Part shown: positions 18,519-28,776 of the stretch, in pieces
Layout of the letters: each line of letters begins with the position of its first letter
Position numbering within the stretch: the stretch's first letter is position 1
Source of the DNA: Planctomycetota bacterium
Lineage (GTDB): Bacteria; Planctomycetota; B15-G4; SIAN01
Assembly: GCA_031409275.1 (NCBI GenBank)
Contig: JANNXA010000045.1
Span: 32,001-96,000 of the forward strand
Length of the DNA stretch: 64,000 bases
Direction: 5' to 3'
The notes under the pieces: generated by a model
Database searches by the model: none
What the model was told of the DNA's origin: nothing
What the model saw: the letters and a program-made list of their open reading frames with translations, nothing else
Program-made: the position numbers and the translations under genes

Positions 18519-20549
18519 ATGAAACCCCTCGCCGCCGCCTGTCGCACCGCCCGTTTCGGAGCCCTCGCGGCGGGCGCCGTGGTCGGAGTCGCCGGCTGGC
18601 AATGGCCGACGCTCTTCGGCTCCGCCGGGGAGCGGCTGGGAACGGGGCTGCTGCTCGTGGTGGTGCCCACCGTCGTCGCCGCGCACGTCGCGCTGCCGCT
18701 GGCCCAGCGCCTCGCGAGCGCGGTCGCCGCCGCGCTCTGGAGCGGCGTGCTGGTCGCCGTCGTGGCGGCGCTCTACCTGCCGACGGTCACCCCGCTCGCC
18801 GTCGCCATCGCTGCCGCCGTCGGCGCGCTCGTGGGTGGACTGATTGGCCGCAGCAACTGGTTCGAGCGGCGCGCCGCCACCGTCGTCGCCGTGGTCGCGC
18901 TGGCGGCCGCCAGCAGCGTCGGCGTCGTGCGCCGCCCCCTGCCAGCCGAACCCGCGTCGCCCCACCCGAACACCTTCGTCTTCGGCCTCGACGCCGGCAC
19001 CTGGACGATCCTCGACGAACTGATGGCGAACGGCGACCTCCCCAACCTGCGCCGACTGCGCGAAGAGGGAGTGAGCGGCACGCTGCGCTCCGAAATCGAG
19101 TCCTCATCGCCGCGCGTCTGGACCACGATCGCCACCGGCAAGACCCCTTCGAAGCACGGTGTCGTCGACTTCTTCTGCACGCAGAACGACAACCTGACGA
19201 CGCGCCGTGTCTGGGAGATCTTGCAGGCGCAGGGCTACAGCGTCGGGTTGTTCCAGTGGCTGGTGACCTGGCCGCCCGACCCCTTCGATCCCTTCGTGGT
19301 GCCCGCATGGATGGCGCGCGGTCCGGAGACGCATCCGGCGGAGCTCTCGTTCATCAAGGAACTCGAGCTCGCGTTCCAGACCGGCGAGTTCGACCAATGG
19401 CGCGCGCAACGCGAATGGCCCACGCTGCTCACGCGACTGCGCGACTGGGGAGTCGGATACCTGCGCCACGGACTGCGCATGCCGACGCTGTGCGCCGCCC
19501 TGTCGCAAGCGTGGACGGCCGCGACGAGTCCGAGCTGGGAACTCCAGTACGGCGCCAAGCGGACGCTTCAGCTGCTGCTGAACGGCGACGTCTACCGTGA
19601 GCTCTACCGCCGCCACCAGCCCGACTTCTCCGCCTTCATCTGCTACGGGACCGACAACCTCGCCCACAAGTTCTGGCAGTACCACTACCCCGACGACTTC
19701 GCGATCCCGCACGGCGCCGCCGCCCCCTTCGCCAACCTGCTGACCGACTACTACCGCGCCGCCGATGCGCTGCTCGGCGAGGTGCTCGCGCTGCTGCCCG
19801 CGGACACGACGGTGGCCGTCGTCTCCGACCACGGCTTCACGTCGATCGGCGAAGGCGGCGAGTCGCACCAACGGGAGCTGCGTCCGAAGATGAGCCGGCT
19901 CGCCTCGCTGCTCGAGCTGACCGAACGCGACGTCCTCTGGTCGGCCGTCGCGACTCGCGGCTACTTCCGGCCCGTCGCAGGCGCCATCGGCGCCGACGCT
20001 GCCGCACGGAGGATCCTCGACTTCCTCGGCGGCTGCGAGGTCGTCGGCGGTCCGAAGCTCTTCGTGCCGAAGGTGCTCGACTCCGGCCAGATCGAGGTCG
20101 CGATCAACCTCGACGTGAAGTTCGAGCGCGACACCGAATTCGCCACGCCGAAAGGGCCGATGCTCCTCACCGACCTCGTCGACGTCGAGGATCGCACCGG
20201 CAACCACTCGATCGACGGGATCGTGCTGTTGCGCGGTCCGGCGTTTCGCCGCGGCGCGCGGATCGAGACCGCTCACCTCGCCGATGTGACGCCGACGCTG
20301 CTCCACTTGAATGGGTTCGCCGTCGGCGCCGACATGGACGGCCGCGTGCTCGAAGAGGCGTTCACCGATGCGTTCCGTGAAGAGCACTCGATCGAGCGCA
20401 TCGAGAGCTGGGACGATCTCGTGAATGTCACGCGCGCAGCGGCCGGACCAGGCGACGAGCGCGGGTGGCGCAAGTACGCCAGCGAACTCGGCTATGTCGA
20501 TGGCGGCGACAAGGCGACGCCCGCCGGAGCACCGAAGGAGCGGGAGTAG
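18519..20549 (+). CDS. Membrane-anchored alkaline phosphatase superfamily (nucleotide pyrophosphatase/phosphodiesterase-like) protein
   Basis: Several N-terminal TM helices; GLDAGTW, SPRVWTTIATG, DNLAH, SDHGF, DVTPTLL. Confidence 0.8.
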   Translation: MKPLAAACRTARFGALAAGAVVGVAGWQWPTLFGSAGERLGTGLLLVVVPTVVAAHVALPLAQRLASAVAAALWSGVLVAVVAALYLPTVTPLAVAIAAAVGALVGGLIGRSNWFERRAATVVAVVALAAASSVGVVRRPLPAEPASPHPNTFVFGLDAGTWTILDELMANGDLPNLRRLREEGVSGTLRSEIESSSPRVWTTIATGKTPSKHGVVDFFCTQNDNLTTRRVWEILQAQGYSVGLFQWLVTWPPDPFDPFVVPAWMARGPETHPAELSFIKELELAFQTGEFDQWRAQREWPTLLTRLRDWGVGYLRHGLRMPTLCAALSQAWTAATSPSWELQYGAKRTLQLLLNGDVYRELYRRHQPDFSAFICYGTDNLAHKFWQYHYPDDFAIPHGAAAPFANLLTDYYRAADALLGEVLALLPADTTVAVVSDHGFTSIGEGGESHQRELRPKMSRLASLLELTERDVLWSAVATRGYFRPVAGAIGADAAARRILDFLGGCEVVGGPKLFVPKVLDSGQIEVAINLDVKFERDTEFATPKGPMLLTDLVDVEDRTGNHSIDGIVLLRGPAFRRGARIETAHLADVTPTLLHLNGFAVGADMDGRVLEEAFTDAFREEHSIERIESWDDLVNVTRAAAGPGDERGWRKYASELGYVDGGDKATPAGAPKERE

Positions 20550-20585
20550 TCGTCGTCGATCGGCGCCGCGGCGCGCTCGCGCCGC

Positions 20586-22373
20586 TCAGCGCCACCGCAT
20601 CGCGTAGGGCAGCGTGCACAGCAGCTGCCAACGCCCGCTGCCGGCAGGCGGCTCGGCGAGGAACGGCGCGAGCGCCTGTTCGAGGCCAGCGCCGCCGACC
20701 TCCCGCGCCAGCAGCGCCAACGGCGCCTTCACGCTCGCGAGACTCCCGAACTGCTCCTTCAACTGCTCGAAGAAGTCGGGCGCCTCGGGCAGCTCGCGCC
20801 GCGGCGTGCTCTTCGGGTCGAGTCGACCGCCGAGGAAGCACGCCATGGTGATCGCCTCGCGCAGCCCGCCGAAGCCGTCGATCAGCCCGATCTCCTTGGC
20901 TTCGCGACCGCTCCAGACGCGGCCGCGCGCGTTGAGTTCGAGCGCGACCGGGTCGAGCTTGCGACCCGCCGCGGCCTTGGCCACGAACTCCCCGTAGAGC
21001 TTCTGCATCGACGCTTCGAGCTTCCCGCGCAGCATCGGCGGCAGGCCGTCGCGCATGGTGGAGAGCTCTTCGGCGTGCGGGCCGTAGCCGACGACCTCGA
21101 CGTTGATGCCGACCTTCTCCCACGCTTGCGCGAGATTCGGCACCGCGGCGACCACGCCGATCGAGCCGGTCACCGTCGAGGGCTGCGCGAGGATGCGGTC
21201 GCACCCCATGGCGATCCAGTAACCGCCCGACGCCGCGACTCCGCCCATCGATGCGACGACGGGCTTCGCCTCGCGGCAGCGCTGCACGGCGCGCCAGATC
21301 AAGTCGCTGGCGAGCGCGCTGCCGCCCGGACTGTTGATGCGGAGGACGACTGCCTTCACCTGCTCGTCGGTGCGCGCGGTATCGAGTGCCTCGACGATGG
21401 TGTCGGCCCCCATCGTCTGACCGCCCAACCCGGCGCTGCTCTTGCCGCTCATGATCGCGCCGGTGGCGTAGACGATGGCGATGCGCGAGCCGTCGGGAAG
21501 TTCCTCGTCCTTCGGCTCGAGCAGCTCCTTCAGCTTGGTGAAGACCGTGAAGGGGTTGTCGAACTCGCTGAGGTCGAGCCCCTCTTCGCTGCCGTAGTCC
21601 TCCACCTTCGTGGGCGCGCTGCCGAGCAGCGTGGCCACCTTGGCGTCGAACTCATCCTCGTAGCCCACCGCGTCGATCAGGCCGAGCTCGAGCGCCCGCG
21701 CCGGAGCGAGCAGGACCTCTTCGAAGCCCGCTTCGACCTGCGCCGGCGCGACGTTGCGATTCTTGGCGATGGTGGCGACCATCGTCTCGTAACGCTCTTT
21801 GAGGAGTGCGCGCAACGAGGTGCGCTGGCCATCGCTCATCGAGTCGCGCGCCATGTCTTCGTAGGCGGTCTTGAACTCGCCGACGTGGAGCACGTCGTAG
21901 CGCACGCCCACCTTCGCGAGCAGCTCCTTCATGTAGAGGATCTCGGCCGCGGGCGCTTCGAGCGCGAGCTCGCCCTGCGGCGGGAGCATCAGCAGGTCGG
22001 CGACCGACGCGAACCAGAGCGCGCTGTCATCGAGCGACTCCGCGAAGCAGACGATCTTCTTGCCAGCGGCGCGCGCCGCCTGCAGTTCGCGAAGGACGTC
22101 CTGCGCGCGGGCGCCGTCGAGGCCATGGAACGGCGAAAGTCGGATCGCCGCCACGGCCGGGTCGTTGGCCAGCGCGCGCAGCCGCTCGAGCTCCGCCAGG
22201 AAGTTGCGGCCGCGCGGACCGAAGGGAGCGGAGGCGATCGGGTCTTCGTCGCCGAGTTCGCTCAGGTCGACCGTCACCAGTTGCGGTGCGTCAGCAGCCG
22301 GCTTCGACTCGTCGAGGCGGCCAAAGACGGGCAACAGCGTGCCAAGCAGGCACGCACCGAGCGTCGTGGACAT
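20586..22373 (-). CDS. sppA: Signal peptide peptidase SppA (S49, 67K type)
   Basis: GEFKTAYE, RINSPGGSALAS, SMGGVAASGGYW, TGSIGV, GRVWSG. Confidence 0.9.
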   Translation of the reverse strand: MSTTLGACLLGTLLPVFGRLDESKPAADAPQLVTVDLSELGDEDPIASAPFGPRGRNFLAELERLRALANDPAVAAIRLSPFHGLDGARAQDVLRELQAARAAGKKIVCFAESLDDSALWFASVADLLMLPPQGELALEAPAAEILYMKELLAKVGVRYDVLHVGEFKTAYEDMARDSMSDGQRTSLRALLKERYETMVATIAKNRNVAPAQVEAGFEEVLLAPARALELGLIDAVGYEDEFDAKVATLLGSAPTKVEDYGSEEGLDLSEFDNPFTVFTKLKELLEPKDEELPDGSRIAIVYATGAIMSGKSSAGLGGQTMGADTIVEALDTARTDEQVKAVVLRINSPGGSALASDLIWRAVQRCREAKPVVASMGGVAASGGYWIAMGCDRILAQPSTVTGSIGVVAAVPNLAQAWEKVGINVEVVGYGPHAEELSTMRDGLPPMLRGKLEASMQKLYGEFVAKAAAGRKLDPVALELNARGRVWSGREAKEIGLIDGFGGLREAITMACFLGGRLDPKSTPRRELPEAPDFFEQLKEQFGSLASVKAPLALLAREVGGAGLEQALAPFLAEPPAGSGRWQLLCTLPYAMRWR

Positions 22374-22565
22374 CGCGGCTCTCCAGGAGAACAGGGCGAA
22401 GCGTGGCGTTTGCGGCGAGCGGCACGGCAAAGCGGGGGCCGCGCGATCACGCGGCGAGATCGACTCGACGGGACAGGCAGGACCACCGCGAGCGCACGAT
22501 GCGGCGCGCGGGGTCGAAACGGGGCCGGTGGCGAGGACCCGTGAGGCGCCGTGGCGCCTCGTTCG

Positions 22566-22640
22566 TGGAGCGGGTGATGAGGATTGAACTCACGACAACC
22601 ACGTTGGCAACGTGGTGCTCTACCACTGAGCTACACCCGC
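22566..22640 (-). tRNA. tRNA-Gly (GCC)
   Basis: GCGGGTGTAGCTCAGTGGTAGAGCACCACGTTGCCAACGTGGTTGTCGTGAGTTCAATCCTCATCACCCGCTCCA; cloverleaf with encoded CCA. Confidence 0.97.
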
Positions 22641-22653
22641 AACGAGGGCGGGG

Positions 22654-22682
22654 AAGATAGAGCCGCCTGCGAACGATGTCAA
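22654..22682 (-). promoter_or_regulatory. sigma70 promoter of tRNA-Gly
   Basis: TTGACA-N17-TATCTT on the minus strand, just upstream of the tRNA. Confidence 0.75.
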
Positions 22683-22801
22683 ACCGCTGCCGGCGTCAGG
22701 AAAAGAATCATCGGAACGATTCGAGCGAAGCGATCGGCCGCGGCTGCACGCGGCGATCGGCAGGTCGCTCCCCTTGGCAGACGACCGTCCGGTCGGCGTC
22801 C

Positions 22802-23611
22802 TCAATCGCGTGGCGGGAGCCCAAGGTACGGCCGCCCGGCACCGTACCTGCGCGCGCCGGCGCGCGCGCGGGCCAACCAGCGCTGTGCCGCCGCGATCGC
22901 CGAGAGCCACGGCTCCCCGCCCGCAACTCCCGCTGAGATCGCCGACGCCAGCGCGCAGCCGGTGCCGCGCGGCGAGACGCCGCGCTGTCGCGGCTGAACG
23001 AATTCGTGGCTGCCGAAGCGGCCGCACAAGAAGTCGACGACCGCGCCGCGCGAAGCGAGGTGACCGCCCTTCAGCAACACGGCCGCCGGCCCGAGTTCGA
23101 GCAGCGCTCGTGCCGCCGCCATCGGCTGGCGCACGATCGCCGCGTGCGTCCAGCCCAGCAGCTCCGCCGCTTCGAGCGCATTGGGCGTCAGCAACGTCGC
23201 CTTCGCCACGATGCTTCGCCGATAGAGCGCAAGCGCGCTCGCCGGCAGCGTCCGCTCGCCGCGGGTCGGCGCGAAGACGGGATCGACCACGAAGGGGACT
23301 TTCGGACAGGCGGCTGCCAGCTCGCCGATCCGCTCGATCCACGCGCGATTCGCCACCATGCCCACCTGCACGACGGCGATCCGCGCGTCGCGGCGCAACG
23401 CCGCCAGCGGCCGCGCCATCGTGTGCACGGAGGTCGGGGTCACCGCCGACAATCCGACCGCCGTCTGCAGCGTCACGCAGGTCGCCAGCGCCGCCGCGTG
23501 GCTCCCGAAGATCGCGTGCACCTTGAGGTCGAGTTCGAGCCCGGCACCGCCGCTTGGGTCGGAGCCGGCAAGGAGCAGCGTGAGCGCGGCACGCCGGCGC
23601 GCAGCGCTCAC
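22802..23611 (-). CDS. thiD: Hydroxymethylpyrimidine/phosphomethylpyrimidine kinase
   Basis: AGSDPSGGAGL..D, VVDPV, LTPNALEA, LKGGH, GTGCALASA. Confidence 0.85.
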   Translation of the reverse strand: MSAARRRAALTLLLAGSDPSGGAGLELDLKVHAIFGSHAAALATCVTLQTAVGLSAVTPTSVHTMARPLAALRRDARIAVVQVGMVANRAWIERIGELAAACPKVPFVVDPVFAPTRGERTLPASALALYRRSIVAKATLLTPNALEAAELLGWTHAAIVRQPMAAARALLELGPAAVLLKGGHLASRGAVVDFLCGRFGSHEFVQPRQRGVSPRGTGCALASAISAGVAGGEPWLSAIAAAQRWLARARAGARRYGAGRPYLGLPPRD

Positions 23612-24429
23612 GGCCGTTCACCGCGCAGGTGTCGCGCCGCGGCCAGTAGCGGTCCCGGTCCCTGGAAGGGCTCGGCGCGCAGCACCAACGTGCATTCGCC
23701 GGACAAGGCGCCGATCACGGCTTTCAGATCGACCTCGCCGGCTCCTGCCGGCAAGCCGCAGTATCCCGCCACGGCGTCCGTCGCATCGAGCCCGACGCAG
23801 CGTCCCGCGAGTTGATCGAGCCAGCGCGGCGCCGCCGGACCGCCAGCGTGCCCGAACGCCGCCGCTCGACCGCTGTCGTGCCACCAAGCCACCTGACGAC
23901 GACGCGCAAGATCGGCAAGGACGGCAGCCACCGCTTCCGGCGTCCACCACTCGCTGCGTGTCCGCGGCAACGCGAGTGCGATGCCCTGATCGGCACGTGG
24001 CTGCGTGGCTTCGTGGAGCGCACGGCAGAGTCGCTCCAGGCGCCGATCGCGCTCGGTCGGCGACACCGCCTCTTTGCCGCTGCCGTCACTCGCTTCCGGC
24101 AGCTCGACGATGGTCCAGCGCGCTCGCATGGCTGAGGCGAGGTCGAGCGAACCTTGGAGATCTCCGACGGCGGCCGCCAGCACGACCGGGTCGGCCGCGA
24201 CCAACGAGCGCGGGACGCCGACCGACGCCCCACCGCAGAGGAAGGGATGACGGATCGCCGGGCAGCGCACGCCCGAAAGGTCGCGCCGCATCCGCTCGGC
24301 AGCAGGAGCCGCCACCGTCCCACCGGGAACCCACGCCCGGACGCGCAGCGCCTCGAGCCACCCCGCGACCTCTTCGAGCGGGGGCAGTTGGCCCGACGTC
24401 GCATCCACTGCCAGTGCCAACTCGCGCAT
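23608..24429 (-). CDS. Xylose-isomerase-like TIM barrel protein, apparently degenerate
   Basis: WWHDSG and LPAGAGEVDL resemble sugar-phosphate isomerase/epimerase motifs; overlaps thiD start. Confidence 0.5.
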   Translation of the reverse strand: MRELALAVDATSGQLPPLEEVAGWLEALRVRAWVPGGTVAAPAAERMRRDLSGVRCPAIRHPFLCGGASVGVPRSLVAADPVVLAAAVGDLQGSLDLASAMRARWTIVELPEASDGSGKEAVSPTERDRRLERLCRALHEATQPRADQGIALALPRTRSEWWTPEAVAAVLADLARRRQVAWWHDSGRAAAFGHAGGPAAPRWLDQLAGRCVGLDATDAVAGYCGLPAGAGEVDLKAVIGALSGECTLVLRAEPFQGPGPLLAAARHLRGERP

Positions 24430-24631
24430 GCTCGCCGCCTCCTCGACGGTGCGGCCGCGAAACGGCCGACCACTCCGGCACCACTACCCCATTCCCCGGG
24501 CGGCGGCAGACAATTATCTAACAGCGCCCAAGATGCCCCGGTACCAGCCGAGTACGTCTGGCTCCATGCGGAATGAAGCACCAGCGAACCTCGCTGCCCC
24601 GCGGGGTTCGTCTCCAACAAGAGGAATGAGC

Positions 24632-27184
24632 ATGAGACATTTGGCCTGGACCTCCTGGAAGACGGCAGCATTGCTTGCCGTCATGACCAGCGGCGCCGTC
24701 GCGCAGAGCGCGCCGATGCCCGCGTCGACGCCAGGCGGTGAAGCCACCGCGCCGGCCGCCGATCGCCCCTACCTCGGCGTCTTCATCGAAGGCGCGGCCG
24801 ATGGTGGCGGCGTGAAGCTCGCCGAGATCGTCGAAGGCAGCCCGGCCGCGAAGGCAGGGCTCCAGGCGGGCGACGTGATCGTCGCGTTGGGCGACCGCAC
24901 GATCGGCTCCGAAGAAGAGCTGCGCGATGCCATCACCTCGATGGGCGTCGGCGCCAAGACCAAGATCACCTTCCTGCGTGACGGCGAGAAGCGACGCACC
25001 AGCGCACGGCTCGCGGCCGCGCCGGCGGAGATGGAAGGCGAGGAAGGTGAGGAAGGCGAGAACGAGGGTTCCGGCGACGAGCGCAACGCGACGATCGAGT
25101 TCAACCAAGTCACCGACGCCTCCGATTTCGGCGGCATGGTCGAACTCGCCCCGATGTCGGACGACAACGCCGGCTGGATGGGCGTGCAGCTGCAGGCGAA
25201 CGACGAGGGCGAGGTCTCCATCCTCGCGGTCGTTCCCGGCTCCCCCGCCGAAGCGGTCGGCCTTCAGGCCGGCGATATCTTCGAGCGCTTCGACACCGAT
25301 GAAGTCGACTCGGTCGAAGGTCTGGTCGAACAGGTCCGCGAGCACCAGGCCGGCGACGTCGTCAAGCTGCGCGTGCGGCGCGGCGACAAGGTCCTGAAGC
25401 CCAAGCTCACGCTCGGCAAGCGCGACGCAAATCTCGCGGTGCCCGGCATGAGCAGTGGGATGGCCTCGATCGAACTCGTGCCGGCGGCGACCCCAGCCGC
25501 CCCGTCTGCCAACGCCGGACCGACTCCGCCCGGCCGTCTGCACGCGCGAATCGCCGCTGCGCGCGGTGCCGCTGCCGCCGGCAACGCCGCCCCTTCGGCT
25601 GAGAGCGCGGAAATGCAGAACACGATCCGCGCGCTGAAGCAGCAGGTCGACGAGCTGCGTTCACGTTGCGAAGAGCAGCAGCGGATGCTGGAGCGCGTCC
25701 GCGAGGCGCTCGGTGGCGGCAGTGGCGGCGGTGGCCGTCGCGAGCCGCAGCCCGATTCGATGCCGATGCCGGCACCGATGCCCGGCGGCTCGCTCTCCTT
25801 CGCTCCCGGTGGCGAAGCGGGCTCCCTCGCGATCGGCGGTGGCGACGTCAGCTTCACGCTGAGCCCGCTCAGCTCCGGCACCTTCGCCGTCGACACGGCA
25901 CGTGACACCACCGAGGAGACGGTCCGCGCGTTGAGTGAATCGGCCGACCAGACGGTCCGCGCCATCACGCTCGAAGGGCAGAACCTCACGTTGCAACTGC
26001 AAGGGGCCAACGACGGTGCCGCCCTCTGGACCATGGACGGCGATGCCGTCGCCACGATCCAGGGCATGGCCAGCTGCACCGCCGGTGGCGACGACTGCTG
26101 CGCGAGCGGCGAGTCCAACGCCGATTCATGCTGCGCGAGCGGCGAGTCGGACGACGGCTCGTGCTGCGCGAGCGGCGAGTCCAAAGCGGACTCTTGCTGC
26201 GCGAGCGACGGATCCGATTCCGAAGCTTGCGCCGCGACGACCTGCGATGAGGCGGGGGCGGACGGTGCGCTGATGTTCACCTTCTCCGACGCGACTGGAA
26301 ACGTGACCGCCGGTAGCGCCGAGGGGATCGCGCTGTTCGGCGGCGACGAGGGCGGTCGCATCCGCCTCGTGACGACGAATGGCGGCGACGGCGGCTCGTG
26401 GACGACCGCCACGCCAACCAAGCCTGCCAAGGCGCAGAAGGTGAAGTCGGTCAAGGGGATGAAGATCGAGCCGGCCAAAGAGGCGACGTGGATCGTCACG
26501 GAGAAGGCTCACCAGGGCCGACTGCTCGACGATGGCCGCTGCGAAGATTGCCAGGCTCCCTGCTGCCAGCAGCCGCGCGGCAAGATGCCCGCCGAGTTTG
26601 GTCGTCGCCCCGAAGCGGCGCCCCGCGGCGCGGCCGGCCGCGCGCTGCCCCCGATGGTCGCTCCTCGCGCCCCGCGTGCTCCGCGTGCCGCCGTCGCTTC
26701 CCGGGCCGCACGTGCGCCGCGCGCTGCCCAGGCGCCCCGCGCACCGCGGCTGCGCGTGGAGACGCGCGAGGTCGAGGAATCGGAATCGTGCGCGTGCGAG
26801 TGCCCGGCCATGAAGGCGCATGGCCAAGGACACGGACAGGGACACGGCGCCGCGATGCCGAAGCTGCTGCGCCTGCATTCCATCGCGCCGCACCACGGCA
26901 AGGCGCTGCTGCGCTTGCACACGAGCCAGGGTGACAGCGAGATCGAATCGGGCGAATTCGAGTTGGCGTTCAGCCCCGACTCGAACGACGAGGTCACGCA
27001 GTTCGAAGGCATGCGCCTCGAGGTCGACGGATCCGAGGACGGAGCGCTCTTCTTCGAGATGCCGTGCGAGATCGAGTGCACGCTCGACGGCGATGACTCG
27101 GAATGCAACGTCGACTGCGACGAAGAGTGCGAAGTTCAATGCGAAGTGCAGTGCGCGGTCGATTGCGACGACAGCGGGAAGTGA
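24632..27184 (+). CDS. Secreted protein with two PDZ domains, a coiled coil and Cys-rich low-complexity regions
   Basis: GAGGA RBS; signal peptide; YLGV...GSPAAKAGLQAGDVI and WMGV...GSPAEAVGLQAGDIF. Confidence 0.75.
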   Translation: MRHLAWTSWKTAALLAVMTSGAVAQSAPMPASTPGGEATAPAADRPYLGVFIEGAADGGGVKLAEIVEGSPAAKAGLQAGDVIVALGDRTIGSEEELRDAITSMGVGAKTKITFLRDGEKRRTSARLAAAPAEMEGEEGEEGENEGSGDERNATIEFNQVTDASDFGGMVELAPMSDDNAGWMGVQLQANDEGEVSILAVVPGSPAEAVGLQAGDIFERFDTDEVDSVEGLVEQVREHQAGDVVKLRVRRGDKVLKPKLTLGKRDANLAVPGMSSGMASIELVPAATPAAPSANAGPTPPGRLHARIAAARGAAAAGNAAPSAESAEMQNTIRALKQQVDELRSRCEEQQRMLERVREALGGGSGGGGRREPQPDSMPMPAPMPGGSLSFAPGGEAGSLAIGGGDVSFTLSPLSSGTFAVDTARDTTEETVRALSESADQTVRAITLEGQNLTLQLQGANDGAALWTMDGDAVATIQGMASCTAGGDDCCASGESNADSCCASGESDDGSCCASGESKADSCCASDGSDSEACAATTCDEAGADGALMFTFSDATGNVTAGSAEGIALFGGDEGGRIRLVTTNGGDGGSWTTATPTKPAKAQKVKSVKGMKIEPAKEATWIVTEKAHQGRLLDDGRCEDCQAPCCQQPRGKMPAEFGRRPEAAPRGAAGRALPPMVAPRAPRAPRAAVASRAARAPRAAQAPRAPRLRVETREVEESESCACECPAMKAHGQGHGQGHGAAMPKLLRLHSIAPHHGKALLRLHTSQGDSEIESGEFELAFSPDSNDEVTQFEGMRLEVDGSEDGALFFEMPCEIECTLDGDDSECNVDCDEECEVQCEVQCAVDCDDSGK
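26096..26227 (+). repeat. 33-bp coding tandem repeat, 4 copies (CCASGESxxxS)
   Basis: TGCTGCGCGAGCG at 26096, 26129, 26162 and 26195. Confidence 0.85.
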
Positions 27185-27282
27185 TCCCGCGCCGCTGACC
27201 GCACGCAAAAGAGAGGTCCGATCGGGGCGCCGGTGAGCCGCAAGGCTTGCCGGCGCCTCGCCCTCTTCAGGCGACCTCCGCG

Positions 27283-28728
27283 CTACACCTTCAAGTCTTC
27301 GAGGCCCGCACGCCCGGTGCGGCGCAACGGCGCGAGCGCAGGCTCGACCTGCTCGGCAAGGAACTCGGTCGCCTGCTCGCGCGCGCGTCCGACCAATGCT
27401 GCGCCCCCGGCGATCGCGGGCAACTGCTCTTTCACGGCGCCAAACGCTGGATCGACCGCAAGTCGCGCGAACAGATCGTTGTCCGCCGCGCCGCCCTTCA
27501 TGCGCTCCGCCGCGGCACGCGCATGGATGCGGATCTGCTCGTGCAGCAACTGGCGATCGCCGCCCGCCTGCACCGCCCGCATCAGGATCTCCTCGGTCGC
27601 CATGAACGGCAGCTCGCGCTGCAAGTGCGCTGCGATGCGCGCCTCGTTCACGATGATCCCTCGGAAGATGCTGTGGTAGATCCGCAGCACCGCATCCGCC
27701 GCGAGGAACGACTCGGCCAGCACGATGCGTCGATTGGCCGAATCATCGAGCGTGCGTTCGAGCCACTGCTGGCCGGCCGTCTCTGCCGCGTTCGCCGGCA
27801 GGTGGATCAAGTAGCGCGCCAGCGACACCATCCGCTCGGCGCGCATCGGATTGCGCTTGTAGGCCATCGCCGACGAGCCGATCTGCTTCTCCTCGAACGG
27901 CTCCTCGATCTCCTGCTCGTGCGCGAGGAGACGCAGGTCGTTGCCCGCCTTCGCCGCCGATTGGCCGATTCCCGAGAGGATCGTCAACAGCCGATAGTCG
28001 AGCTTGCGCGGATAGGTCTGTCCGCACACCGCGACCGTGGTCGCGAAACCGAGCCGCTTCGCGAATCGGCGATCGAGCTCCTTGACCTTGGCGTGGTCGC
28101 CGTGGAACAGCGTCAGGAAGGAGGCCTGAGTGCCGGTCGTCCCTTTCAGGCCGCGCGCGGGCAGCTCGTCGAGCAGTCGGTTCAGCTCGGCGAGATCGAA
28201 GAGCAGATCCTGCAGCCACAGGCACGCCCGCTTGCCGACCGTGGTCGGTTGCGCCGGCTGGAAGTGCGTGTAGCCGAGCGTCGGAATCGACTGCGTCCGG
28301 GCCACGAAGGCGGCGAGCTGCTCCATCACCTGGACGAGCGAGTCGCGCAGCAACAGCAGCGCGCGCTTCATCACCACGAGGTCGGCGTTGTCGGTCACCG
28401 TGCACGACGTCGCGCCGAGATGGAGGAACGGCTGGGCCGGCGGATGCAGCTCGGCGAATGCGTGCAGGTGCGCCATCACATCGTGGCGCAACTCCTGTTC
28501 GAGCGCCGCCGCGCGGGCGAGGTCGATCTCGTCGATGCGCTTCTCGAGCGCGTCGATGTCGCGCCCCGGCAGGTCGAGGCCGAGCTCGAGCTGCGTGCGC
28601 GCCAGCGCGATCCAGATCTCGCGCCACAGTCGTGCCCGCGCGCGATCGGAGAAGAGCTCCTGCATCGCTTTGCTGGTGTAGCGCGACGACAACGGGCTGC
28701 GCCACAACGCACCGGCCGGCTCCGCCAT
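27283..28728 (-). CDS. purB: Adenylosuccinate lyase
   Basis: SPLSSRY, RHDVMAH, HLGATS, GYTHFQPAQ, GSSAMAYKRNP, ERTLDDSA. Confidence 0.95.
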   Translation of the reverse strand: MAEPAGALWRSPLSSRYTSKAMQELFSDRARARLWREIWIALARTQLELGLDLPGRDIDALEKRIDEIDLARAAALEQELRHDVMAHLHAFAELHPPAQPFLHLGATSCTVTDNADLVVMKRALLLLRDSLVQVMEQLAAFVARTQSIPTLGYTHFQPAQPTTVGKRACLWLQDLLFDLAELNRLLDELPARGLKGTTGTQASFLTLFHGDHAKVKELDRRFAKRLGFATTVAVCGQTYPRKLDYRLLTILSGIGQSAAKAGNDLRLLAHEQEIEEPFEEKQIGSSAMAYKRNPMRAERMVSLARYLIHLPANAAETAGQQWLERTLDDSANRRIVLAESFLAADAVLRIYHSIFRGIIVNEARIAAHLQRELPFMATEEILMRAVQAGGDRQLLHEQIRIHARAAAERMKGGAADNDLFARLAVDPAFGAVKEQLPAIAGGAALVGRAREQATEFLAEQVEPALAPLRRTGRAGLEDLKV

Positions 28729-28776
28729 ACCCCGATCGCTCCCGCCCATCGCCATGCTCCTACGCGCCGCAGCGTC

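Noticed and set aside
22566..22640. tRNA-Gly as an integration site
   Set aside because: No integrase, no duplicated tRNA 3' end noticed, and the flanks are housekeeping genes
26096..26227. 33-bp repeats as a CRISPR array
   Set aside because: In-frame coding tandem repeat with no spacers and no cas genes
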